Positions 25,360 through 36,900 of a stretch of 64,000 nucleotides of DNA are shown here, one piece after another. Below the pieces are notes generated by a model. That model searched no databases. It was not told where the DNA came from and was given only the letters and a program-made list of their open reading frames with translations. A program made the translations under genes and the position numbers. Origin of the DNA: Hyaloraphidium curvatum SAG 235-1 (taxonomy: Eukaryota > Fungi > Monoblepharomycota); contig JAIVFI010000008.1 of assembly GCA_025558095.1 (NCBI GenBank), positions 248,001-312,000 on the forward strand, read 5' to 3'. Position 1 is the first letter of the stretch, and every line of letters begins with the position of its first letter.

Positions 25360-26508
25360 TCACCCCAAGTGGTTTCCGTTCTCCAGCGGCACCGGTCCCC
25401 ACGGCACCTCCTTGAAATCCACGAGGTGAGGCGGCCCGGGCGCCACCCAGAATCGCGGCGCCGCTCCGGTGCGGGAGCAGCTGACGAACGAGCCGAAGGT
25501 GAGGAACTGCGGCCCCGCCACGGTCGGGTCGCGGCTCCGAGAGACGGGAGCGGAGCGGTCGGCCAACGCGGCCATTAGATCCTTCTCCGATTTCAGGTTG
25601 GGAGCCGCCGAAGAGATCACGCCGAGCCGAGCGCGGCTGAAGCCGGGATCATCGTCCGCGATGGAGCACGACTTCGCGCCGGGAGTGAGCGGGTGGTTGG
25701 TGTGCAGCAAGATGTCCGACACTCCCTCGTCGCGGTAGACGCTTCCGCCCGCGCCGGCTTCGACCGAACGGAGGCCCTCCGGGGAGGCCAGGGCGTAGTG
25801 CTGCCCAATCGCGTGGCCGACGCTCTTGAGGAACGTCTCCGCGGAGGAAATGTCCGTGCGCTCGAGGAGGCTGCGGATGACAAAGGCGACCGGGAGGCCA
25901 GAATCGCTCGTGGGAAGCGTGGAGAGGTTGTTGACGGCAACGGCGAGTCCGGAAGAGTTGCAGCCGAAAAGTGCGATCAGGCCCGCGGCCGTAAAGACCA
26001 GCAGCGCCGAGGGGCCGTCGCCGGCGTCAGAAAGGTGGTGTCTCACGACAACCTGGCTGCCGTCGTGGAAATCGGGAATATCCATCGTCTGGGAGAGGTA
26101 GACCCCGCCGTCCCGTGATGTGAACCCGGCAACGGTGCAGCCCGGCGGCTCTCCGTTCGGAACCCCGTTCGACGTCCGTTTCTTCCACTGCTTCGAGAAT
26201 TCCCACTCCTCGTCGAGCAGGTTGTACGCGAGAACGTGTTCGAAGGGAAGCCCGGCTCCATCAGCGATCCCGCGGACCTCCTCCAGCAAGTGAAGGGCAT
26301 GCTCCGTAATGGTGGCCACGTAGCCGGTCTCCTCGACAAATACCTTCAGATACGCGTCCGCAGAATCCAGAGAATGGGTTCTGCAGATCCCGTCGAGGAA
26401 CAGACCGATCTGCGTGCGGATGATGTCCCCCAGCAGCTGTCCCTGCGCGAACCCGCGTTCCGACGCCGTGCCGGCCACATCAATGATGCGGAGCTTGCCA
26501 TCGGCCAT
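25360..26508 (-). CDS. Peptidase C45 / isopenicillin-N N-acyltransferase-like Ntn hydrolase, no introns within the domain
   Basis: GTASERGFAQG, EEVRGIADGAG, autocleavage site G-CT, QTMD, GCNSSGLAVAVNNL and LLHTNH. Confidence 0.88.
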   Translation of the reverse strand: MADGKLRIIDVAGTASERGFAQGQLLGDIIRTQIGLFLDGICRTHSLDSADAYLKVFVEETGYVATITEHALHLLEEVRGIADGAGLPFEHVLAYNLLDEEWEFSKQWKKRTSNGVPNGEPPGCTVAGFTSRDGGVYLSQTMDIPDFHDGSQVVVRHHLSDAGDGPSALLVFTAAGLIALFGCNSSGLAVAVNNLSTLPTSDSGLPVAFVIRSLLERTDISSAETFLKSVGHAIGQHYALASPEGLRSVEAGAGGSVYRDEGVSDILLHTNHPLTPGAKSCSIADDDPGFSRARLGVISSAAPNLKSEKDLMAALADRSAPVSRSRDPTVAGPQFLTFGSFVSCSRTGAAPRFWVAPGPPHLVDFKEVPWGPVPLENGNHLG

Positions 26509-26650
26509 CCTCCGGTGGTGTCACACGTCAAATGGGGCCTTGCGGTGGTTTGTTTCACGGGGTCGGAAGCCGGATGATGCCGATCCGCGCGGCGGCCGAT
26601 CCGCGCCCGCAGTTTTCACTCCCCGAACTTGTCCCCCGCCGCACCCCGCC

Positions 26651-27323
26651 ATGGAGTTCCCCAGCCCCGCCACGCAGCGCCGCGGGCGCAGCGAAGCCAC
26701 GTCGCGCGCGTCGGCGCCCGAGAAGGCCAAGCGCCGGCTCGTCGAGACGCTGCGGCTGAACCAGCTGCGGGCCATCGACTTCCTCGTGCCCGGCATCCTG
26801 CTCGTCGGCGCGCTCATCTTCTGGCTGTCGTCGGGCGAGCCGCTCTTCGGCGACATCGACGACGGCGGCGACCCGCACTCGTCGACGAGGCCCAAGTTCA
26901 AGCACGAGCACGCCATGCTCAAGGCCGCCCTGGAGCAGCACACCCCCGAGCGCATCGCCGAGCACGCCATGAAGCACGTGCAGGCGCAAATCGCGAAAAA
27001 CCATGCGGAGCACCACGGCTACGAGTACCAGGAGCCCAAGCAGGAGGAGGAGGTCCGCGACAAGAACGACCCGTATTACGCCGACCCCGAGGCGGATCGG
27101 CACCAGGAGTTTTCCTTCCTGCGCGTCATGGCCCAGGCCTGCCTCTTCTTTGGCGTCGGCTTCCTTCTCCTTGCCATATGGGGCTCGATGTGGGTTTCGT
27201 CCCCTTTCGCGCCCGGTTGGACGCGGCGCCGAGAGATCAGTCCTGATCTGCCCTTTCCGCAGCACCGCCGACGACCCGAACATAAAGCCCTTGAAGGTCG
27301 AAGAACTTAAAAAGATCCGCTGA
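26651..27323 (+). CDS. Small membrane protein of unknown function with two hydrophobic helices and one 3' intron
   Basis: Strong GC3 codon bias; hydrophobic segments FLVPGILLVGALIFWL and ACLFFGVGFLLLAIW; C-terminal KKIR. Confidence 0.7.
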
Positions 27324-27582
27324 TGTGCGGGAGGACAGGAGATGGGCGGCATCTAGCCCGGCGTCGGCCGCCGGGTCGTGGAGGAGAAAGCGTCGTGATC
27401 ATTGGACTCTTGGACGGACGGACGCGGGATATCACCATCGTGCTCGTGGTCGGGCACGGCCGCAATGTACAGCTCGGACGCTGCTGCGAATCGGACTATC
27501 TTGGAGCTTGGACTTTGGCTTCACCGTCCACGACAACACAACTCCTTGCTAACGGGCCAATCACAAACCTGGACATCAAATC

Positions 27583-28674
27583 TCACAGGGCACTCCTTCC
27601 CGGCGTCTTGGCGTACTTGAGGAAGATTGCCACGCAGTCCTCCGGAGCGTCTTCCTGAGGCGGGAGGAGGAAGATCGAAACCCAATCTCAAGCCCGTCCA
27701 ACGCCGACGTACCTGAGGAAAGTGTCCTGCCCCGGCGATCCGGTCCAAGGTGGACCCCGGCACGCCCGCGTGCCACTTCTCCGCCCACTCGTAGGTGAAC
27801 ACCCCGTCCGCATCCCCGAACGCAAAGTGCACGGGGATTCCGAGCGTCGGCAGCGCTTTGAAGCACCTCTCCTGGTCCGCCGCGTTGCCCTCCAGCGGCT
27901 GCGCGAACGGGATGCAGAACGGGAACCTCCGCGCGCCCGCTTTGGACCCGTACGAATCGTAGGGGGCGTCGTAGGCGCGCTTGACCGCCTCGCGGTCGTG
28001 GCCCGGCCGCCGGAGCGAGCCCGAGACTACGCGGCCCGTGGGCATGTCGCCGCCGAGGGACTTGGGGTCGGTGGCGCGGGCGCGCCACTCGCGAATGCCG
28101 GGGGAGTAGACGTAGCCCTCGTGGTGCAGCCAGGTGTTGAGGATGTAGATGCGCTCGAAGCGGTGCGGCTGGTCGCAGACCTGGCGGAGGCCGGTGGGGC
28201 CGCCCCAGTCCTGGTCCCGGGTGGTGAGCAGTGGGGCATGTGCCGAGGCGTGACGCGTACCTGGACGACGATGTGGATCCGTTTGAGGTCCAACGTGTCG
28301 ATGAGGTGCCTGATCCGTTCGCAATGCCTGTCCGGGCGCGTCAGGCACCGTCCCCCTGCATCTCGGCCGACCGACCTCTCGACCACGTAGAAATTGTCGT
28401 CGGTAGGCTTGTCGCTCCGCCCAAAGCCAATATGGTCCGGCGCAACGACGCGGAACCCGGCCGCGACGAGGCGAGGGATCCACTTCCGGTACATGTAGCT
28501 CCACGTCGGTTCCCCGTGCATGAGCAGGGCCACAGGCGCGTCCTTCGGCCCCTCATCGAGGTGCGCGACGCGGAAACCGCGCCAGTCCAGGTAGTGCGGC
28601 TTGAAGGGAAAGTCCGGGAGCTCGAAGTGCGAGTCGGGCGTGCGGGACACGCCAGGAAGGGGATTCGAGGCCAT
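27583..28674 (-). CDS. Haloalkane dehalogenase-like alpha/beta hydrolase (DhlA/HLD-I type), 3 introns
   Basis: [33 protein letters not shown], nucleophile VQ|DWGG, acid FGDAD and base GAGHFPQ|ED; ends GRSAL. Confidence 0.9.
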
Positions 28675-28892
28675 CGCGGCGCGTGCGGACGCGGGGAGAC
28701 AGGGAGGCAGTGGGGTGGATTCACGTGTGTCGGAGGCGAGGCCGACGCGGATTTACTCCGTCCCGCCGCGCCAGGCGGCGGAGCGCGTCGGCTCGGCGGG
28801 CCGCTTCTGAGAAGCGGTCAAAAGCTGCCCCGGATCGCTCATTCAGAGCAGCATTCTCCCTTTCCGACCACTGCAAACACCGGCAAATCACG

Positions 28893-30371
28893 ATGCCCGC
28901 CCCCGCCGTGGTGCGTGTGGTGCCGATTCGCCTTCGCGTCGCGCCTGACCTGGCCCCGCCTCTCGCAGAACTCGGACCGCCCGCTGGACCTCATCGTCCA
29001 CGGCGCAACGGGCTATACCGGCGTCAACGTCCTCGAGTACCTCGCCAAGCACGGCCCGCGCGACCTCCGCTGGGGCATCTCGGGGCGCTCCAAGGTCAAG
29101 CTCGAGGAGCTCAAGGCCAAGGTCGAGGCGACCGCACCGCACTACGACGTGCGCGTGATCACCGCCGATGCCTCGGACAAGGAGAGCGTGCGGAGCATGG
29201 TCTCCCAGGCCCAGATCGTGCTGGCGTGCGCCGGGCCCTTCACCAAGGTCGGAACACCGTCGTCCGCTTGCTCTTTCTCCCTCCTGACTTCCTGTTTTCC
29301 AGGTCGGCACTCCCGTAGTGGAGGCCTGCGCCGAAACTGGCACACACTATGCCGACATAACGGGCGAGACCCCATGGGTCCACGACATGATCCAGCGCTT
29401 CGGTCCCGCCGCCGAGCGCACCGGCGCCCTCCTCGTGCCCTTCTCCGGCTTCGACTCCGTTCCCAGCGACCTCGGCGCGTTCCTGGTCGCCGAGAAGCTC
29501 GCGCAGGGCGGGGAGAGGACCGTCAGGGTGAACCAGAGCCTGTGGGCCGTCAAGGGCGGGATTTCGGCGGGCACGATGGCGAGCGGCCTCGAGCTGACCA
29601 AGGAAGGCGTGCTGGATGCCTACCTCCTCAACCCCGAAGGCGGTGCGTTGCCTCATTCCTCAGCTTGCGACCACTCCCCTGACCATTTGCCCCTTTAGAC
29701 AAATCCGGCCCCGACCAACCCCTCTTTCCCCTCTTCTTCTACCAGCCCGCCCTCGGTCGCTGGCAGGCCCCCAACCCCATGTCCCTCATCAACACCCGCG
29801 TCGTGCGCCGCACGCAGTCGCTCCTCTCGCACCGGCACGGCCGCTTCTCCTACCTCGAGACCGTCTCGATGCCCGCGATCCCCGTCGTCGGGTTCCTCGC
29901 GGCCATGTGGATCGGGTGGGGTTTCCTCTGGGCGGCGCTGTTCGCGGCGTTCGCGCCCGTGTGGGTGAAGAAGGCGGTGCAGTCGTGGATCCCGGTGGGC
30001 AAGGCGTTCGGGGTGGAGGACGAGGGGGGTTTCTTTGTGAACAAGCTGATCGGGACGGGGGAGAAGGGCGGGAAGGTGGTGCTGACCTGGAGGGGGACCT
30101 CCGATCCCGGTGCGTTGATTCGCTGCGCTGCCGATATGGAGGATACTGATCGCCTCCATGGGCAGGCTACCGCGAGACGCCCCTCATGCTCGTCGAGTCG
30201 GCGCTGTGCCTCATCAAGGACCGCGACCGGATCCCGGCCGTCGCCGAGGGCCGGTGCGGCTTTCAGACGCCCGCGTCGGCGTTCGGGCACGTGCTCGCTG
30301 AGAGGCTGGAAAAGGCGGGCGTGAAGCTCGAGTTTGCCGCTGCGGACGGGGTGGCCAAGAAGGCCAAGTGA
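28893..30371 (+). CDS. Saccharopine dehydrogenase-like oxidoreductase (SCCPDH type), multi-exon
   Basis: IVHGATGYTG, ISGRS, ACAGPF, HYADITGE, GFDSVPSDLG, SDP|GY and GFQTPASAFG. Confidence 0.9.
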
Positions 30372-30566
30372 GGCGCCATCTTTTCAAGAGTTGCATATCT
30401 CTTCAGTGTTCGTTTCTTGGTCCTGCATAGACCTGCATAGATAGATGCTCTTCGGCATCGCGTAGAGCCACAGAATGATCGTTCAGTTCCCGACGCTGAA
30501 TTCGTCTACGTGTTGCCAGGCTCTCCTCTCACGCACTCGCATCCAAAGCTCCACCTGCCGCACCAC

Positions 30567-33557
30567 CTACACCTGCCTGAACCGCTCCAGCATCTTCCTC
30601 AGCCCCTCCCTGTCCGGGCTCCCCTCGGGCGCGTTCGGGTTGCCCTCCCCGGACCTCCCCTCCCCATCCGATGCGTACCGCAGGTCCATCTCGGCCAGCG
30701 GCCCGAAGTTCTTGGTGAAAAGCACCGGCCTGTGCGGGGGGACCCATCTGCCCGCCTTGTCCGTTGTCTGCATGCGCGCCGGGTCAGCCAAAGGCGCGGA
30801 AAGCAGTGCGATCGGACCCACGAAGGACCACCGCGTGGTTACGCTCTCCCTCGAAAAGTCCGCCTGCGTCATCTGCCTCCCCAACACCGCCATCGGCAGC
30901 ACCATAAATGCGGACCGCTTGGCCCCCGGATGCGCGCACGCCAGCGTGACGTTGTCCGAGGTGCCGTAGGTCTTGGCGGTGACGTTGGCGAAGATCGTGG
31001 GGCGGCCGCCCTTGGGCGTGGCCGACCAGTACGGGCGCACGACGACGCTGTGTTCGGCGCGGATCTGCGCGCGGGGGGTGCGGAGGAGGGTGCCGTTGGG
31101 GTACATGAGGTTGTCGGCCTGCGCGCCGGGCGATCCGTCAGATCCGTCGGCATGCCACGCGGGTGCCCCTTACCAGGTAGGTCGTCGTCACGGTGAATGG
31201 CGGCATGGTGCGCCCGGTGAAGACCCCCGTGGGCTGCCACTCGAACGCCCAGTCCTGCGGGCGCTGGAACCCCGCTGCGTTGGCCGCGTAGAGATCTGCG
31301 CCGGGGCAGCAATCAGCTCCTCCACGGCACCCCGACGGCACGACGAAACCCACCCATCCTCCCCCTTCCCCGATCGTAGTCCCTCGCCACGAACCCGAAC
31401 GAGAACGCGTTGCGCGACCCCAGCCGGATGCTCAGGCGGTGCGTGGTCACCCCGCGGGACGTGGTCCGGTTGTACCGGTAGAACCGCGACGCCCACGCCG
31501 CGGCGTCGAAGGTGATCCGCGTGCGGGTGCGGAGCGGGCCGGCGAGGCAGGGGAACTTGCCGGCGATCACGGTTGGGGGCGTGTTGGGGCCGGCGGAGAG
31601 CTGCATGGCGGATGCGGGTCGATCAGCATCACATGGGGCGCTCGCCGGGGTGGGACCCACGTAGAACGTCCGCACGTCGTCTGCTTCCCTGTACTCCGCA
31701 GGCGGCGGGACGTCCGGCTGGTCCGAGTAGTTCCTCGCCGCCATGCGGACCTGGTACACCCTCGTCGGGCTGGGCGCCGCGGTCAGCGGCAGGAACCGCG
31801 TGGCGGCGCCGGCGGTGATGGTTGCGGTGAAGTTGATGCACGCGTTGGTGCGCAGGGTGGTGGTGTACGTCCGCGTGGGGATCGCCGAGACGGACACGTA
31901 GTCCGACAGGATGGTGGCGGCGTAGCGGGCCTCGTAAACGGTCGAGTAGCCCTTCTCGAGGAGGCCGACGGGGGTCGCGGGGACGTTGGAGAGCACCAGG
32001 GTCATCACCTGGCCGGGTGTGACGGCGGTCGGGGTGGCGTAGGCGTTGAACCTGCCGCACGAGGTGGGGACGATCGAGGTCGGCTTTGGGGGCAGGGGCC
32101 GGTCGGTCGGGTACGGCGGGACGACCTTGGTGAAGGCCTCCTTCATCTGCGGATGATCCGACCCGGATGAAGACGATGGCGGTCGAGGAGCCGGCGCTGC
32201 GTACCATGGCCACGCCCAGGATCGGCGTGCCGTCGACGACGCCTCCCAGCTGCACGATCGCGTCCTTGGCCACCTTGACCGTCGGCACCACCCAGTTGCT
32301 GCCGTCCACCAGCGTCGGCAGGCAGCCGTCGACGGCGTTGTTGAGGCTGGTCGTGAACGTCCTCCTGGTCGTCACTGGCAAGGAGATCGGGAATGAGACT
32401 CGCCCACGCAAGATGGACGAGAAAACACACCCATCTTGCCCGTGGCCACCGTGACCGTCTTGGTGGAAGTCCCCGTGCTCTTTCCGGCGACCACGGTCGA
32501 TATCGCCAGCGTCCGCATCTCCCCCGCCCTATAGACGGCCTCGAGCGTCGTCGTCTTTGCCCCGGGCGCCCAGCCCACGAGCGTCTCGGGCACGTTGGCC
32601 AGGGTCACGGGGATGGGGGAGCCGGCGAGGGCGCCCTCGTACACGGGGACGCCGGTGGGGTTGGCGCCGCGCATGGAGGGGAGCTGCAGGCATGAGCGGG
32701 GTTGGGGGGTCGGGTCGGCGGCGGTGCTGGTGGGGGGGACGTAGCCGGGGGGAGGGGTGAAGCTGTATGGCGTCTGCGAGCACGCGGGTAAGAAGGTATG
32801 GGAAGGAAATGCGCGAAATGCCCACCGTCGTGGCCTGGAAGGCGAAGCGGGTGCTGTAGTCCCCAGGGCTGATGGTCGCGTCGACAAAGTAGCGGCCCGT
32901 AACGTTCGGCGTGATGCTCGCCGTCTCGCCGGTCTGCGTCAGGGTGGCCGTGATGGCGGCAGGGAGCGACAGGGTCGCGAAGCAGCCGCCGAAACTCGCC
33001 CCCGAGGTGGTCACTGGTTGATCAGGCACGGTCGTGAGCGTCGTCGTCGCCGCGCCGTTGATCTCGAGCACCGAGGCGTTCCAGAAGGCGAAAAATTGAG
33101 GCAAGCCGTCGCCAAAGTCGACCCCCACGGCCGGCAGGTTCGTGATCACGAGGTCGAACGGGTCGCCGGCGTCCAGCTGCGCGGGGGACAGGGCGATGGC
33201 CGGGGCGGCGGGGCAGCCGGGGACGTCGCGGATCACGCGGCGTGGCAAGGCGGCGGGAGGCAGGTCCTCTGTGGCCGGGTCCCTGCGGCCGAGCCTGTGC
33301 GAGTCCGTGTCTGCCTGATCATCGTCGTCCGGCAGCGGCTGATCCCCGCGGACGACGAGTGTGTCGCCGAGCGCCCAGCTGCCGTGCTCGTGTTCGGGTA
33401 CATAGACGATGTGGTTGCGAATCGCGTCGCTGCCGCGGCCTGAAGCGAGGAAGGCGTCGGGATCAAAATTGTGGGAGTCGTCCGCCGCGGAGGCGACGGC
33501 GGCCCCCGCGGCGGCGAGGAGGAGCGCGGCGGCGGCGGCGAGCCGCTTCGGCGCCAT
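30567..33557 (-). CDS. Secreted repeated-module protein, copy 2
   Basis: Near-identical to 21311-24298 except for the signal peptide (MAPKRLAAAAALLLAAAGAAVASA) and rare changes such as DSLP versus DGLP. Confidence 0.75.
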
Positions 33558-33906
33558 GGCGAAGACCGCAGTCGGCCGGCCAGTGAGGCCGCGGGATTCC
33601 GGCCGCAGGTGGTTTTGGGTCTGTCGGGGGAACCGGCGGGCGGCATTATATGACGCGAGCGTTTCAATTCCGCGGACGCTGCAACCGTTTTCTCGGCGCC
33701 CGCGAGCGCAACCGCCGCCGCTGCACCGCGAAAGGCGGCGGACGGTCCAGCGCCGCGATTATCCGGGGCCTGCGGACGCCGGATCGCTGCTTCGGGGCCT
33801 CGAATTGCACCGCCGGGCCCTCCTGAACCTGCACCAGCCCGTTCGTCGCCTCCCCCTCCTCGCTCATCATTCGAAATCGCCGGCGCGCGGCGCGCTTCGG
33901 CAGCAG

Positions 33907-36900
33907 ATGGCGCCGCGCGGGGCGATCCTCCGGGGTTGGCGCGCGGCCGCGCTCGCGCTGGCTGCGCTGCTGGCCCTCGCCGCGTCCGCCGCCGCCGACG
34001 ACCCCGGCCCGTGCGATCAGGGCTGGATCGTGCAGAGCGGGCTCCGGCTGCGCCTGCTGTACGATCCGACGCGCAACGCGTCGTTTCCCTCGCCCTGCAA
34101 CGACGTCACGGCGGCCTACCCCAACTTCCAGATCATCACTTCTGGCGGCAACACACCGCCGACGCTGGAGGACATACCCTACAGCAACCCGAAGCGCAAG
34201 GCGTTCAAGTACTCCACCGTCGACGGCAGTGGCGGCCACTTTGCCCTGTCGCCGACGACGCTGGGTGACTTTGGCCAGTCAGACTTCAGCATCGTTGTGC
34301 GGTTCCGCACCGATTTCGATACCGCCTCGGACGACTCCAGAGGTGACGCCCCTGCGCGTGCGATAGCCGCCCTCCTACTAACGCCCCCCCCGCCCCCCAC
34401 CCCCCTTCGCCGGCTGCCCGCAGGGTGGAAGGTTCTGGCGCCCAATCTTTGGAACTGGCAAATCTACTCGGACAAGGCGAGGCGTCGGCACGGTTTTAGC
34501 GCGACGAGCCTTGGATCCGTGGACTACCCGTACTCGGACGCCCCCGGCTCGTACCCGGACGGGGGTTACCACACCCTTGTCGTCACCAAAGGCGAGACCG
34601 GCCGCGGGGTCGGGGTTGCGGTCTTCACCGACCTGGAGGAGTGGCGGTTCCAGCCGGCCATGTTTATTGTGGGTCGGCGCATGCTCCCGGCCCACTTTCG
34701 GCTCACCCGCCCTCGGCAGAATCCCAACGCCATCAACAGCAACACAAGGCGGATGCTGATCGCGCCGTACCTGAACGGGGCCGTGGACGAGATCCGGATC
34801 TACAAGTAAGCTCGTCCACCCCACGTGCGTGCGCCTGTCCGACAGCCGTTCCCGTCCAGCCGCAGGATCAGCAATGCCGAGGCCTTCCACCTGGCCCAGA
34901 ACTGGAGGCCGTGCCAGACGGCCCAGGGTTACTGGGTCCTCGTGACATACATATTCGCCCGGTTCGACGAGGAAACGGAGGAGATCTTCCTGTACGAGGA
35001 ATTTTGCTTCTCTCTGGACGGCGCCTGCATTTCCGCCCAGACGGTGGACGATCTCTGGACCGCGGCCAATTCTGCAGTCGGAAACGGCACCGACAACCGG
35101 CTCGAGTGCACCCCTCAACAGTACGCGGACCCAGACTCGTGGTGCTACCAGTGCTCCGACGTCGTCGGCAAGGTGCTGCCCAAGCCGACGACCACCACGC
35201 AGGAACCGACGACCACCACGACCCGCACAACGAGTACGTCGATCACGACCTTCACGCAGACGCCCAGCACCACCTCGCTGTCGCAGACGACCACGATCAC
35301 CCGCTCCTCGACCACCTCCAAGAGCCGCACGACCTTCACCACCCGCGCGGGGAGCCAGTTCTCGTGCAACAACTACGTGGAGCTCTGCCAGCGGTGCCAG
35401 ACGGACGGGGTCTACGTGGTCAACTCGACCGCCTCGGCGCTGCGCCAGATGTCGGACGACGACTACGCGCTGTTCTCGGACATCGTCGCCGGCAAGGCGC
35501 AGACCTTCTTCGGCCTCTCGTCCAACTTCCCCGAGCTGGCCGTGGCCGTCGGCAACGGCGGCCTGTGCATCAACTTCAACTCGTCGCAGAGCATCGCCGC
35601 CCCGGCCATCTTTTCGCGGTCGGACATCAGCTTCGCCTCGTCCTTCTGCGAGAGCTGCATCGGCGGCCTGCCGGCGCTCAACCTGACCAAGTTCCTGATC
35701 CACTCGGACACCTCGGGCAAGGCCATCTACGCCGACATCGCCGCGACCATCGGGGACATCCCGATCGCCGACGGCGTCAAGCTCACCTCCCTCTCCTTCG
35801 GCATCGTCCTCGACGCGGAAGTGTACACCGTCACCGGCAAGGCCCGCCTCTCGGTCCCCGCGCTCAACAACACCGGCCCGCTGGTCACCCTCTCCTTCAC
35901 CAACGCCAGCATCTCGGTCGACATCAACCTCGACGGGCTCAACTGGGGCCTGATGAAGCTGGTCAGGACGATGGGCGTGACGGTGTCGGTGCCGGATGCG
36001 GACGTGCAGGGGTGGCTCGAGAACGCGGGGGTGCTCAAGAGCATCGCGGGGACCATATGCGCGCCCGGGGCTGGGAGCCCGTGCGACCATTCCGTGACGA
36101 TGTGGGTAGTTGTTGCGTCCCGGATCGCGATCGTCGGAGTTTGCGACTGACCCCGATCGTCTCCCCCTCCTCTTCGCTCACCGCACGCGCCGCCATGCCG
36201 CAGCATCGCCACCATCGCCAAAGGCCAGCTCATCTCCCTCGACGGCGGCTTCTTCAAGCTCGAGGAGGTGCTCTTCGAGGCCGGCTACGCGCGGACCAAC
36301 GGCACCTCGTCGTTCCGGTTCGCCGTCACGGGGAACTGGAGGGTCGACGGGAAGGTGGTCTCGGCGAGGGGGGAGGTGGAGGTGCCGCTGTCGGGGAGGG
36401 CGGTGGTTTGGGACTCGGAGATGCAGGAGGCGGGGGAGGTGCGTGCGGCTGAGGTTCCTCCGCGGAGCCATTTGCTGAGTACCGCTGAAGGGCGGGTTGA
36501 GGTCACCGTTCGAGAGCAAGAGGCGGCGGCGAATGGCGCTGCGAGAGGAGCGCGACCCGGTTCCGGTGAATGCCCTGGAGCGGTACGGCGACGCGGACCG
36601 CGGGGCGCGGCACGCGCTCTACCCGCGCGCACCCAAGTTCATCGTCACGATCGAGAGCAAGAGCCTGCCGCTGGGGGCGATACTCGCCGAGCTTGCCACC
36701 AGCGTCATTCCCGGTACAGTCTTGCTGCCGTGGCGAGCGCCCGCAGGGAGCTGACGTCTCTTCCCCAGTTGACCTCAGCTTCGTCACCGAAGCGATAAAG
36801 GGCTTCAGCATCAATAACTTCCTCATGCGGGCCATGTACCAGGGCGGCAGCTACCAGTTCCGCGCCCGCGGATCCCCCTCCCCGGTCCCCGTGGCCACCC

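Noticed and set aside
24316-30549. The spacer enzymes as a biosynthetic gene cluster, or as cargo of a composite transposon
   Set aside because: There is no backbone synthase or coherent pathway, and the arms encode no transposase and show no terminal inverted repeats or TSD
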